Notes: generated from the sequence alone by a model not told the origin. A stretch of 36,583 bases of DNA from Chrysochromulina tobinii (GCA_001275005.1 JWZX01002721.1:1-36583); one strand, 5' to 3'. Shown: positions 17,729-28,507, counted from the first letter of the stretch. Made by a program: numbers and translations.

Positions 17729-20700
17729 ATGGGGTCGGCGAGGGAGGGCAAAGCCCGCCTACACGTCGACGGCGAGCACTTTTACAACCCCAAGCAGATG
17801 CTGCAGCGAGATCTCTCCGTTCTCGCCTTGCAACAGCACGCAGCGCAGAGCGGCAGTCGGTCGCTAACGCTGCTTGATGCGCTGTGCGGCGGAGGAGTGC
17901 GTGCCATCCGCTACTTACTCGAGGTCGACCATGTGAGCGCGGTGGTCGCCAACGACGTGGACGCGCGCGCGACACGTGCCACGGCTGTGAACGTGGAACT
18001 ATCGCTCGGTCATGAGTTGCGAAGCCAATTCGAGATCTCGCAGCGGCCAGCAGCGGCACTCATGATGGAGCGGCCGCGGCGTTTCGATTGCGTGGAGCTC
18101 GACCCTTGCGGGTCCGTCTCCGAGTACCTGTTGCCAGCGATGCGGTGCCTGTCCAACGGCGGGCTGCTGCTGGCATCGTGCACCGACCTCGGCACGATGA
18201 GCGGTCGATTTGGCGACGCATGCAGCATGCGCTACGGCTCGGTGCCGTTGGCCTCGGCGGCCAAGCAGGCACCCGAGCTGGCTCTACGCATGCTGCTGCA
18301 CTTGGTCATGCGCACCGCGGGCACGCTCGGCCGGCACGCCGAGCCGCTCCTCGGCGTCGTCTTCGCCGACTTTTTCGTGCGAGTCATCGTGCGCGTGCGC
18401 GACGACGACGATGGTGTGAAGGAGATGGCTGACGAGGCAGACGGGGCTGACGGGGCAGACGAGGCAGACGGGGCAGGCGGGGCGGACGAGGCCAAGGACG
18501 CCGCGCCCGAGGCGACGCCGGCGCGCTCGTCGATCGGCTCGTGCAGCGGCCTCCTTGTGCGCTGCTGCGGTTGCGGCACGCTGCACGGGCAGCTGCTGGG
18601 CGGCGAGCAGCGCGTGGGCACGCGCTGCGAGCACTGCGGCAGCTCGCATCTCGAGAGCGGAGGTCCCATCTATCTGGGCGCGAGCTCGGACGCCGGTTTC
18701 GTCAAGGCGCTGCTCGCGCGTCTCGACGCTCCGTCGGCAGGCGCGGCGGCCTTCGGCTCGCATGCGGTGCTGCGCCCGCTGCTGCAGGCACTACTCGCCG
18801 AGGCGATGGCGCCACGCGCCTCATGCGTCGTCCACCTGCCCACATGCTCGCGATGGCTGCACAGCGCGCCGGCGCCGCCGGAGTTCCTATTACGCGGGCT
18901 CGGTGCGGCGGGGCACGCGGCGGTGGTGGCGCACTGGGAGCCGATGGTGATCAAGACGACGGACGCGGGAGCGAGCGCCGCATGGGATTGGCTCGCGGCG
19001 TGGGCGAAGAAGAACCCGCTCGATGCCCGAGACGGCGCCCGGGACAGCGCCCGTGGCGAAGGCGCCGGCGCCGGCGAGAGCGCCGGCGAGGGCGGTGGCG
19101 AGGCGTTCGCCGGGCGAGAGGCGGATGAGACCGACGGCACGCCAGCTGGCTTGTTGCGGCGGCGGCGGCCGTTGGATCCCTTGACGGCAGAGGCTGTACG
19201 AGGAGCTTCGACGCTGCTTGAGCAGAAGCAGAAGCGACGCAAGCTCGCCAGCCAGGCAGCTGCGCGGGAGATGGAGCCGTTAGCACCGGTACTGCCGGGT
19301 ACGGCTCCGGCACTGGCGCCGGCGGCGTCCGAGCTGGAGGCACCCGCCGGCGTTTGCTTTGTGCCGTCGCTCACGCCTGCTGGGCTGCTCGCACCGCCCG
19401 GTACAGCGCCCGCTCGAGCAGCCGGCAGTGCGACGCGTGGCAGTGCAACACGTAGCTGCCACTCCGGCGGCGACTGCCCCTTTCCATTTGCACATGACCG
19501 CCGCGCCGACGCGACGCCCCACGGATGCATCGAGGTCCTCGGCCCGCCCGGCGGCGGCAGCGGCGCAGCAACATCACGCACGTACACGTCACTCGCCGAG
19601 GCGGTCGCGCAGGCCAAGGAGGGCTCGGTGCTGCTGATAGGCCGTGGCGAGTATGAGGTGTCGAGTGCCATTCTCATCAACAGACCACTCGCGCTCTGTG
19701 CGGCGCGCGGCGCGAGACTCCTCGTGCGCGGCCATTCAAGCGCCCTCGTCCTTGACTGGCAGCCACAGCCAGGGGAGCGTGGTGCAGTGGCGGCGATCGG
19801 CGAGGCGATGGCCTTGACGAAACCGGCGATCACGCTCGATGGCCTCGAGATCGTTCAGACGCGCGCCCGAGACGGCCCGTGCGCCCAATCGCCAGCGGAG
19901 GCTGCCGCCGAGGCGGCGACCTGCGAGGCGACCGGTACGGCAGGTAGCCTGGCACAAGCTCCCGCTGCGAATGTGGAAGCGGACGCCTCTGCGGCCGCGG
20001 CGCGCGGTGGCTACGCATTGGTGGTGCGCGGCGCGGCGCGTTGCATGATCCGACACTGCACCATCAGCTCCGAGGTCACAGGTGGCGTCTTCGTGAGCGC
20101 GGGGGCGGCGGCGGAGCTTCACAGCTGCCACGTTCACCGGACGGCGGCCCACGGCGTGCTCGTGAGCGGTCGGGCGTGCGTGACGCTCTCGCACTGCCAC
20201 GTCGAGTCGAGCCAGGCCGCGGGCGTCGAGGTGCGTGGCCGGGCGACCGTGCTGCTGCACTGCTGCCGCGTGCATCGCTCGCTGCGCTCGGGCGTCTTCG
20301 TCACGGCCTTTGGCGAATTGCACATTGAATGGTCCAACCTTTTTGGCAACGCCTTCGCGGCGCTTGAGTGTGCGGGCGAGGCGGAGGCGCACGTGCTGAG
20401 CTGCCGCATCCACCACGGCCAGCGCGGTGGCGTGATGGCGCTCGGTCGAGCCCGCCTGACCATGCGCGACTGCACCGTCGACAAGAACTCGATGGCCGGC
20501 GTGAGCGTACGGGGCACGGCGAGCGCAGCGCTAGTGGGCAACACGGTCACGAATGGTCGCGCGAGCGGCGTGTACGTGAGCGAGAGCGCCTCGGCGGAGG
20601 TGAGCGACAACCTCATCCGCGGCAACCAGCTGTGCGGGCTCGAGCTCGACGGCGCAGGCGCGACACTCGTCGCGCGGCGCAACAAGCTCGGCGGCAATCT

Positions 20701-20776
20701 CGACGCAATGAGCGTGCCCGCGGAGGGCGGGCGGATGCGCGGGTGCGTGTTCGAGGATAATGTGGTATCCGGATAG
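17729..20776 (+). CDS. TRM1: tRNA (guanine26-N2)-dimethyltransferase-like protein fused to a C-terminal right-handed parallel beta-helix
   Basis: FYNPKQMLQRDLSV, LLDALCGGGVRAIRY, VVANDVD, FDCVELDPCGS, GGLLLASCTD, ELALRMLL, DFFVRVIVRV, CxxC..CxxC and GGPIYLG. The C-terminus has ~23-aa PbH1-like repeats (GVFVSAG, GVLVSGR, GVEVRGR, GVYVSES). Confidence 0.85.
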   Translation: MGSAREGKARLHVDGEHFYNPKQMLQRDLSVLALQQHAAQSGSRSLTLLDALCGGGVRAIRYLLEVDHVSAVVANDVDARATRATAVNVELSLGHELRSQFEISQRPAAALMMERPRRFDCVELDPCGSVSEYLLPAMRCLSNGGLLLASCTDLGTMSGRFGDACSMRYGSVPLASAAKQAPELALRMLLHLVMRTAGTLGRHAEPLLGVVFADFFVRVIVRVRDDDDGVKEMADEADGADGADEADGAGGADEAKDAAPEATPARSSIGSCSGLLVRCCGCGTLHGQLLGGEQRVGTRCEHCGSSHLESGGPIYLGASSDAGFVKALLARLDAPSAGAAAFGSHAVLRPLLQALLAEAMAPRASCVVHLPTCSRWLHSAPAPPEFLLRGLGAAGHAAVVAHWEPMVIKTTDAGASAAWDWLAAWAKKNPLDARDGARDSARGEGAGAGESAGEGGGEAFAGREADETDGTPAGLLRRRRPLDPLTAEAVRGASTLLEQKQKRRKLASQAAAREMEPLAPVLPGTAPALAPAASELEAPAGVCFVPSLTPAGLLAPPGTAPARAAGSATRGSATRSCHSGGDCPFPFAHDRRADATPHGCIEVLGPPGGGSGAATSRTYTSLAEAVAQAKEGSVLLIGRGEYEVSSAILINRPLALCAARGARLLVRGHSSALVLDWQPQPGERGAVAAIGEAMALTKPAITLDGLEIVQTRARDGPCAQSPAEAAAEAATCEATGTAGSLAQAPAANVEADASAAAARGGYALVVRGAARCMIRHCTISSEVTGGVFVSAGAAAELHSCHVHRTAAHGVLVSGRACVTLSHCHVESSQAAGVEVRGRATVLLHCCRVHRSLRSGVFVTAFGELHIEWSNLFGNAFAALECAGEAEAHVLSCRIHHGQRGGVMALGRARLTMRDCTVDKNSMAGVSVRGTASAALVGNTVTNGRASGVYVSESASAEVSDNLIRGNQLCGLELDGAGATLVARRNKLGGNLDAMSVPAEGGRMRGCVFEDNVVSG

Positions 20777-20965
20777 AGGCGGTGTGATGTCTGTAGTGTG
20801 ATCGCAACCTGCGATTTACTTTTTGCACAGGATACTTGTTGAACCAGACTAAGCGGTCGTGAGGAGGCCCGTTGCATGCATGCATTCGTCCTGAAAGCTC
20901 ATCGTGAGGACCACCGGACACATCAGACGACCACCTCTGCCCGTGTGACACTCACTCACAACATC

Positions 20966-23900
20966 ATGCCGATCGGCAAGAAGAAGATCCTCACCTCCGA
21001 CTCCCCGACCGACGACTCGCTCCCGGACGCGCCCAAGGACTCGCTCCCGGGCGCACCCAACGGCGCGCGCGACTCCGAATCGGACATGCAGCGTGTCGAC
21101 GATGAGTCGCACTCCGAGCTTCCCGCGGCTGCATCGACTGACCTCGAGTCCGCAGGCGCCTCGCTCACCTCGCTCGCAGCGGCTGCAGCGGTGTTACCCG
21201 AGAGTGCGCTCGCCGCGGCGGCCGCCTTCTCGGGCCCGTCTGACATCTCGTCTGGCAGTGGCATCTCCTCCTCGGCCGGAGCCGATGGCGTTGAGACCTC
21301 CAACGCTCACGCGGCCGACGCGGAGATGTCCGACGCGCTCGCCCAGGCCGCAGCGCCCTCAAACGACCGCTGCTCCACGCCCGAGATCACCCACCACACG
21401 GAGGCGCACGAAACGCTTGACGAGGAGGACGAGGATGTGGAGGACAAAGAGGAGCAGGAGGTGGAGATCGAGCAGGTCATGGAGGAGGAGGAGGAGGAGG
21501 AGGACTTCGAGGCGATGCCCGCCGCCGCAGGCGCGGCGGCGCTGCCTGTGGAGGCGGACGTAATCGCTGCGGAGGCCCACTCGGCGGAAGACGATGCGCG
21601 GGCGCCCTTGTCCTCGCCCAACGAGCCCGAGGCGGAGGATGGCACACGCGATTCGTCCTTCGAGCAGTCCGAGGAGAGCGAGCCACCCGCCACCACCGCC
21701 GCCACCGCGCGCCGAGGAGGAGGGCTACCGCGCGCCGACGAGACGGAGGAGTCGCCAACTGCAGCTGCGGTGGCGGTGCCCAAGCGCAAGAACCGGGGCT
21801 TCGTCGCGCCTCGTAAGACCGGAGCGGCGAGCCTCGCACCACCGCCCTCCTCTCAGGCCGCGCGCACGCCGGCGGCGCCCATGCCCACGGCGCGCCTGGC
21901 GAAGGGTGCATCGAGCGCGGACGCGACGAAGCCGGCGACCAAGGCGTTGACGAAGGCCAAGTCGCGCTACCACGTGGTCCAGTCCTCCGTCGAGGAGGAG
22001 AGCGCAGCCGACGCGGCAGCCGACGCCGCGGCCGACGCCACGGCTGAGGAGGCCGACGAGGCGGAGGAGGCGGCCGAATCGGAGGAGGGCCCACGCGGGG
22101 CGCCCGGCGCGGTGGCCGCTACTGCAGAAGAAGAGAACAACGAGGAGGACGAGCAGCAGGAGGTGGAGGAGCGTGGCGCTGCGGATGCCGGCCCGTCCGT
22201 GCAGCGCAAGAAGGGCTCCAAGGCCAAGCAGCCTAAGGTGAGCGGCGGCGGCGATCGCGGCGGTGGCGGCGGCGGCGGCGGCTCGAAGCCCTCGAAGGCT
22301 GCCAAGGACCCCAACGCTCCCAAGAAGCCCAAGCCCGCGTACAAGTTCTGGTGTGCAACGGTGCGCACGAGCGAGCCTTACGCGTCGATGCCCTTCGGCG
22401 AGCAGAACAAGGCGCTCGGCGCGGAGTGGAAGGCGCTGAGCGCGGCCGACAAGGCGCCGCACGAGGCACAGGCGGCAGCGTCCAAGTCGGAGTACGAGCG
22501 CGAGCTTGCGGAGTACGAGGCGGCGGGCGGCGGCGCCGTCTCGGGCATCGGCTCGGGCGCCGTCTCGGGCGCCGGCTCGAGCTCCCTGGGCAAGGCGATC
22601 AAGAAGAAGGGCAGCAAGGGCGCCGACAAGGGCGCTGCCGCCCAGAAGGGCGCCAAGGGCAAGCGCGCCGCAGCGGCCATCGCGACGCCCACGAAGTCCA
22701 AGGCCCTCGCCAAGGGCAAGCGTGCGAGCACGAGCGCCACAGCAAAGGCGGCTGGCAAGAAGCGGCGCCGCTCGTCGGAGGACGACGAGGAGGACGAGGA
22801 CAAGGACGAGGACGAGGAGGAGGAGCCGGCCGATGCGGTGTCCATCGAGGCGTCCGAGGACGACGCCGAGGACGAGGAGCAGGCGCCGGCGCCCACCACG
22901 CCGAGCGCGCGCGCCGCCAGCCGCGCGCTCATTGCCGGCGGGCGCATCCCGCGGCCGCAGAACCTGCCGGTACTCGAGGGTGACGAGCACTTTGAGCCGC
23001 GCATGCGCCAACCGATGCGCCTTGAGAAGTGGAGCGTCGGCGTCGAGGTAGCGTGGGTGCCCCAAGGGCTCGCCATGACGCTCGAGGCGCACGCGGCTCT
23101 CATCGAGCAAATGCGAGCGGATGACGAGGACACCGCGCTCCGGCTGTCGGCGCTTCCCACGCCCGATTCGGCGCTCGTCCGCTCGCCGGCCGATGGGACA
23201 GCCAACGCTGCCATCGTCACGAGCGTGCTGCGCCTCGACGGCGGCGTGACGCTGCTCACCCTGCGCTCGACGGACACGCTCGGTCCCATCCAAGATGCAG
23301 GCGAAGAGGGCGGTGGCGGCGGCGCCGACAGCGCCGACGGCGAAGGCGAGGAGAGCGGCGAGAGCGGCGCGCGCGCACGCGCTCGCTTCGTGCTCCCGGT
23401 TCTCGACCGGCTGCACTGCGACGTGGATCAATACTGCCTCGAGCTGAGCGAGTACAAGGCGGCGCTCGAGCGCGTGCGCAGCTCTAAGCACGTGGCCGTC
23501 CCCTTTGCCGAGGAGGCGGACGTGAGCGCACTCAGCCGGCCCAAGGAGGTCTTGTGGGAGGGACGCATCTTCGACGACGCAAACGAGTACGACCAGGCGT
23601 ACCCCACCTCCAAGTTCCGCTGCCTGCACGTCGCGTGGTACCGGCAGCTCAAGCGAGGCCCGGACAACCCGCTCGGTGACGCGTGGGTCTTTGACGACGA
23701 GCAAACGGACAACCTGCAGTCGCCGTGGTGCACACAGCCGTCGAACTTTCACGGCACGTGGCGTACGCACAACCCCAAGCTGGCCCAACTGGCGAACCTG
23801 CGCCCGCGGCGTGGCATCATCAAGCCAAACGCCCTCACCGCCGCTCCTGAGTCGCTCGACATCGACCCCGACGCCGAGGACGAGCGCGACCTCATCTCGA

Positions 23901-24214
23901 GCGTCCTCAAGCGGCTGCTAAGCAACGAGGCATCCTCCTTCTTCTACCACCCGGTGCCGCCTGAGGAGACGGCGTACCATGAGGAAATTAAGGCGCCCAC
24001 CTGTCTGCTGTACGCAACGCAGCGGCTCCAGCGCGAGGAGTACTCGACCTTTGCCGAGTTCGCCACCGAGATTGAGCTCATGATCTCGAACTGCCTCAAT
24101 TTCAACGAGGACGACACCGCTGCCTGGATCCTGGGGTGCATCATGAAAGCAGACTGGAGATCGGCATGCGAAGAGATGCGCGCCAAGGGGCACGGCGCGT
24201 GTCTCCCTCAGTGA
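20966..24214 (+). CDS. Acidic chromatin protein with an HMG box, a BRWD/PHIP-like ancillary domain and a C-terminal bromodomain
   Basis: HMG box: KDPNAPKKPKPAYKFW..LGAEWKALSAADKAPHE..KSEYERELAEY. BRWD-like segment: WEGRI..YPTSKFRCLHVAWY..QSPW. Bromodomain: FFYHPV..YHEEIKAPTCL..RLQREEY..FATEIELMISNCLNFN. Confidence 0.85.
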   Translation: MPIGKKKILTSDSPTDDSLPDAPKDSLPGAPNGARDSESDMQRVDDESHSELPAAASTDLESAGASLTSLAAAAAVLPESALAAAAAFSGPSDISSGSGISSSAGADGVETSNAHAADAEMSDALAQAAAPSNDRCSTPEITHHTEAHETLDEEDEDVEDKEEQEVEIEQVMEEEEEEEDFEAMPAAAGAAALPVEADVIAAEAHSAEDDARAPLSSPNEPEAEDGTRDSSFEQSEESEPPATTAATARRGGGLPRADETEESPTAAAVAVPKRKNRGFVAPRKTGAASLAPPPSSQAARTPAAPMPTARLAKGASSADATKPATKALTKAKSRYHVVQSSVEEESAADAAADAAADATAEEADEAEEAAESEEGPRGAPGAVAATAEEENNEEDEQQEVEERGAADAGPSVQRKKGSKAKQPKVSGGGDRGGGGGGGGSKPSKAAKDPNAPKKPKPAYKFWCATVRTSEPYASMPFGEQNKALGAEWKALSAADKAPHEAQAAASKSEYERELAEYEAAGGGAVSGIGSGAVSGAGSSSLGKAIKKKGSKGADKGAAAQKGAKGKRAAAAIATPTKSKALAKGKRASTSATAKAAGKKRRRSSEDDEEDEDKDEDEEEEPADAVSIEASEDDAEDEEQAPAPTTPSARAASRALIAGGRIPRPQNLPVLEGDEHFEPRMRQPMRLEKWSVGVEVAWVPQGLAMTLEAHAALIEQMRADDEDTALRLSALPTPDSALVRSPADGTANAAIVTSVLRLDGGVTLLTLRSTDTLGPIQDAGEEGGGGGADSADGEGEESGESGARARARFVLPVLDRLHCDVDQYCLELSEYKAALERVRSSKHVAVPFAEEADVSALSRPKEVLWEGRIFDDANEYDQAYPTSKFRCLHVAWYRQLKRGPDNPLGDAWVFDDEQTDNLQSPWCTQPSNFHGTWRTHNPKLAQLANLRPRRGIIKPNALTAAPESLDIDPDAEDERDLISSVLKRLLSNEASSFFYHPVPPEETAYHEEIKAPTCLLYATQRLQREEYSTFAEFATEIELMISNCLNFNEDDTAAWILGCIMKADWRSACEEMRAKGHGACLPQ

Positions 24215-24754
24215 TGACGACCGAGTCCCGCATCCCCTGGCAAAAGAGCCAGCGGAGTGACGCAAGGACCCAATGCGCTCGCGATGAGAGGCTGGAAGGT
24301 GGAAAGGACGAATCTGGACCAGGAAAAGGTTCAGCCTGCGACGAGGGGGTCTGGTAGATGAGGGAGACGGGACACTGCAATCCAATCGACGAAGTGAGCC
24401 CGCGGGGATTTCCGAGCCTGCCGTGCGAACGTCCGCGGGTGCACTTCGCTTTGGTTCTCTCGGAGAGAAGAAGCTGAACGTGCAGACAACCCAACCACAC
24501 GACGAGAGGCGACGTGCGGTGTAGCTCGGCTGTGCAGTGTATAGGCCAGGGGTGACAAAGGGGAACACTCGACTGACCGCCCCGTGAGTTCGGATCTGAG
24601 TTTTCGTAATTCGATTCCACTCCTTAAGGTAACGAGTGAAACAGCTCCTGTGTACGTAGGCTATTACACGACACACAGCCACAATGCTCTACAGTTTACT
24701 ACCCCACACCGTACAGCTGTGCTGAGTACTGGAACTGACGTACCACGAGAACGA

Positions 24755-27700
24755 CTAAACCTCCTCTTGCACCTTTGGCGAAAACCTTGCGCCCGGAGTT
24801 GGCGACCGCGACTTCGGTGTGGCCGATGGGATTCCTTTCGCGCTAGCCTTGTTTTTCTCGGGTCGGGTCGGGCTCGGGGAGCTGGCTCGGGAAAAGGAAC
24901 TCGATCGGGTCGGGGAACCCGGCTGTGCCGCCTTTGCCTCACCTGCGGCTTTGGCCTTGGCCTCTTTGGCCGCTTTGGCCTGCGCATCGACCGTCTTGAA
25001 ATAGACAACGACCTCACCGCTTCCGTGCTTTTCGCCTCCTTGCTTCTCGGATTTTATCTCGGGTTTTATCTTGGATGTGACCTTGATCCAGTCGCCAAGT
25101 TGCAACTTGCCAGATTCCCTCCTGTCTTGCTGGACGCCAAACAGGTCGAACTCTGCGCGTGTGAAGCTTGTCTTCACGAGGAGGGTCTGCGCGAGTGCCA
25201 AGTTGGTGATCTCTAAACCACGCGTTGGCATTTTCTCGCCACAGTCTTCCCAGTAAAGCCCAGCAACTGCCGTGTCCACCCATGGCCGCTTGAAACCATC
25301 CGCAGTTGGCTCCGTGGGCAAGCTCGGAACCCAAACTCGATTGAACCACTCGTTGTAGCCCTTGTCATCCGTGTTCATGTCAATGGCGGGGGCGTGGCTA
25401 AAGTAGTGCTTCGTGTTTGCGTCCAGCTGCACAGCGAGCTCCGAGACCTCTCTTTGTAGTTGCTCTAACTCTTGCCGCTCCTTTTCCTTCTCGAGGTCAA
25501 TCCTCTCGTCAACCTCCCTCTCGTTCACACCAGCAGGGAAAAGCAGGTTAGACACGCGATCGCGCCTCAACTCCATGGCACCAGGATTCCGTTTGGAGCG
25601 CTCTGTGGCCATCATGGAGCCCAGCTTCTTGCGCGAGCTCACAATTGAGGGGTCGACACGATTGAGGTCGAGCACACGGCCCTGTCGCACGAGAGCGGTG
25701 TACACGGTCGTGCAGTCGATCTCGACCATGCCAGGATGGCACATCTCACGGAACCGTGACCGTAGCTCGCCCACAGTCTTGTCGTCGATCAGCCCAAAGT
25801 CGATGATCGTGCGCAGGATAAACTCGTCCTCGCTAATCATGGGCGTGTCCCTATTCGTCGTTATTGCCTCCGAGCGCATCAGATCAATCAGCTTGAGACG
25901 AAAGTTCGTATTGTGGATGCGCTGTGACATCACGAGAGCGCGGAAGCGTGCAATCGTCGCTGCGAGAGCGGAGGTTGCGAGGAGCATGAGCACCATTGTA
26001 ACCGCCTTCTCGAGGACAGTGTGCGGCAGCAGGTCGCCGTAGCCGATAGTCGTGAACGTGATAATCACCCAGTACACAGAATCTACCAGCGTGAAATGAT
26101 TCAACACCATGCAGAGCGCCACGCCCATGACGGCCATCATCAGCGGCGCGAGTGTCGCATGCACCTTTGCAAACGTCGCGCCAACGAGGAAGCTCTTACC
26201 GCCGAGCCCCTGCAGAATGAATTCCTGCACGTGTCGCTTTTTTGTCTGTGGTGGCTTCTTGCTCTCGTTGCTATCCGTCTCTGTTTCGTCGTCGTATATC
26301 GAACGGTCTCGTTGTGCAAGGGAGGATAGCGTCGTCTCCGTCCAATGGACGGTCTCAGCTGTCCACCCGTCGATGAGTTGGAGTATGCTCTCAACAATGG
26401 GCACCAGGCCACCCATAACCACAACTGCTCCAAACGGCGCGTAGAAGCTTGTGAGCAGCCGCCCCATTTCAGTCTTGGGGCAAAAGTCACCATACCCCAC
26501 CGTGGTCACAGTGGTGGTTAAGAAGTAACACGTATCAAAGGCCGAGAATCCCTCGAGAATGCCGTAAGCGTAAATGCCAAAACCATAGTACAGAAAGAGC
26601 AGCCATCCAAAGTCGCGTAACCACTTCTCGATGAGCGACTTGTCGTTCTCGGCCATGTCCTTCTCAAGCTCCTTGCCGGCCCCTGACGCCTCTTCGAAGA
26701 TGGTGAACATGGATGTGAACGCCCGATTCAGCTGTTCAACCACGGCGGCCTGCTTACTCATTGGATCGAGCTTTCGCTTTGTCAATTGAGCTAGGCTGCG
26801 TCGTACCGCCCAGAAGAGGGCCGCACCCGGGCCCTTGCCCACGTGCATGCGGTACACGAAGGCGCCGTGGTCCCAATTGACCGAATCATCCCTTGTGAGA
26901 CGCGCGTTTCCGGGAGTCTCCCCGGGGTTCACCCAGGCCATTTCCCATAGGTTGACATCGTTGAGTGGCGTCATTTGACAAGGGCGCATGCGGTTGACGA
27001 GCGAACTAGCGGCGGACGGCTGGACAGGGAATGGTCCGTCAATAATGAGGTCCTGCGGAGCCTCCTTGCACGGTTGAAGCGAGATGGCCTTGGCCGCTAA
27101 GAACCTGTACCCGTCATCTGTGGCAGTGAAATAGCAAAAGCCTCCAAACAACAAGAAGAAGAAAAGCTCATCGTCCGCCCGTGACTGCGAACTGCCACAC
27201 TCAGACAGCAATGTCTCAAAGTCCCGCTCGAAACCTTCGAGTGGATGGGCAAATGCAAAGTGCGTCGCGCCAGGAGGCACGCCGTTGAGCTTCTCACTCT
27301 CGCGTGTCAATTGATCAGATGGAACCTCGGCGAGAGGCGAGAGCGCCCCTATCTGTGAAGATCCATGTTTCATCAGCCGCTTCAAGAGCGCGAGTGCCGC
27401 AGGATCGCCCGTGATCTCGTATCTGAGCATCCCGCCCTCAGAGCCTTCAGCCTCGCCCCTTTTCTCAGTAGGTTGTAGAAGGTTGCCAGAAAGTAAAGGG
27501 TTGTAGGATGATGAGCCGTACCCAGAGCTCTGAAATTTGGGAGGTTCGATGAGCTTGATTCTCAGTAGATTGACCCGAACCAGGTGGAACGTGAGACTCA
27601 TCGGCGGAGGTTCTGCAAAGTACTGCCGCAATCGATCGAGCCATGAGAGTTGGCCGTCGCCGAGCTCCTCGTACTCTTGCGGCTTCCGGTCAGCCAGAAG

Positions 27701-28294
27701 CGGGGCAGTGTCGGCCTTTGGTGACGGGGGGCGCGGCGGAGGCTCGACCACAGGCTCGTGTTGCTCGAGGGCCGCTTTCACGCGCAACTGTGCGAGCTCC
27801 GCACCAGAAGCTGCAGCTTTCAACTGCCTGACCGCACGCGCGGCGATTCGCATGGCTTTGTCATCGGCAGGTTCTGATGACAGCACGTCCATGGGCTTGG
27901 GCTTTGCAATTGCCTCCGCCATTGCTAGCGAAGGAAATGACGCTGGCGGTGCCAAAGTCAAAGGATCGGGTAGGTTAGGCTGCATCTCGGGTAGGATCGG
28001 CTGCATATCTGCAAGTTTTCGTGGTGACGATACTGGCAGTGGAGCCGCGACCCGCTCCATGAGCTTCTGATGCGCAAGACGTTCGAGGGCGCGAAACTGC
28101 TTAGGCGTTTGCGCGGTCTGTTTCAGCCTCCCGAGCATGGCGATGGCCGCTGCGCTTGTGTCCGGCAGTGGTTTCCGCCTGTCTTCTTCAGCTGTGCTAG
28201 CTGGTGTGGCGACATCAACGCCTTCACGCCGGTCTGAAACGACCGCACGGCGCCTCGAGGAGCGATCCTCGGGCCCTCCAGCCGAGAATTCCAT
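24755..28294 (-). CDS. Two-pore (TPK/K2P-like) potassium channel with long N- and C-terminal extensions
   Basis: Two selectivity filters (TTVTTVGYGDFCP and TFTTIGYGDLLP), each flanked by hydrophobic helices; TPK-like degenerate EF-hand region ISEDEFIL..IDDK..LRSRFREM; 1179-aa intronless ORF. Confidence 0.9.
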   Translation of the reverse strand: MEFSAGGPEDRSSRRRAVVSDRREGVDVATPASTAEEDRRKPLPDTSAAAIAMLGRLKQTAQTPKQFRALERLAHQKLMERVAAPLPVSSPRKLADMQPILPEMQPNLPDPLTLAPPASFPSLAMAEAIAKPKPMDVLSSEPADDKAMRIAARAVRQLKAAASGAELAQLRVKAALEQHEPVVEPPPRPPSPKADTAPLLADRKPQEYEELGDGQLSWLDRLRQYFAEPPPMSLTFHLVRVNLLRIKLIEPPKFQSSGYGSSSYNPLLSGNLLQPTEKRGEAEGSEGGMLRYEITGDPAALALLKRLMKHGSSQIGALSPLAEVPSDQLTRESEKLNGVPPGATHFAFAHPLEGFERDFETLLSECGSSQSRADDELFFFLLFGGFCYFTATDDGYRFLAAKAISLQPCKEAPQDLIIDGPFPVQPSAASSLVNRMRPCQMTPLNDVNLWEMAWVNPGETPGNARLTRDDSVNWDHGAFVYRMHVGKGPGAALFWAVRRSLAQLTKRKLDPMSKQAAVVEQLNRAFTSMFTIFEEASGAGKELEKDMAENDKSLIEKWLRDFGWLLFLYYGFGIYAYGILEGFSAFDTCYFLTTTVTTVGYGDFCPKTEMGRLLTSFYAPFGAVVVMGGLVPIVESILQLIDGWTAETVHWTETTLSSLAQRDRSIYDDETETDSNESKKPPQTKKRHVQEFILQGLGGKSFLVGATFAKVHATLAPLMMAVMGVALCMVLNHFTLVDSVYWVIITFTTIGYGDLLPHTVLEKAVTMVLMLLATSALAATIARFRALVMSQRIHNTNFRLKLIDLMRSEAITTNRDTPMISEDEFILRTIIDFGLIDDKTVGELRSRFREMCHPGMVEIDCTTVYTALVRQGRVLDLNRVDPSIVSSRKKLGSMMATERSKRNPGAMELRRDRVSNLLFPAGVNEREVDERIDLEKEKERQELEQLQREVSELAVQLDANTKHYFSHAPAIDMNTDDKGYNEWFNRVWVPSLPTEPTADGFKRPWVDTAVAGLYWEDCGEKMPTRGLEITNLALAQTLLVKTSFTRAEFDLFGVQQDRRESGKLQLGDWIKVTSKIKPEIKSEKQGGEKHGSGEVVVYFKTVDAQAKAAKEAKAKAAGEAKAAQPGSPTRSSSFSRASSPSPTRPEKNKASAKGIPSATPKSRSPTPGARFSPKVQEEV

Positions 28295-28507
28295 CCCTGT
28301 CGACCCTCAGCGTTGTGGCCAAGAAGCCTCTGCCTTTTTCGGAGGAAAACATCGCAGTCCGCAGTGGTTTCGCACGTGTCCAAAAGTTTCCGTAAAAAGA
28401 CGCCGGGGGTTCCTTTACAAAACACAACTACTTCACACACGCCGATACAGTACTGGTTTCGGTAGGCCTACAATAAGGCAGGCCTCGTGGGCAAGCCTAC
28501 AGTAAGG

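Noticed and set aside
21725..23788. 687-aa minus-strand ORF
   Set aside because: Antisense shadow of the HMG/bromodomain gene.
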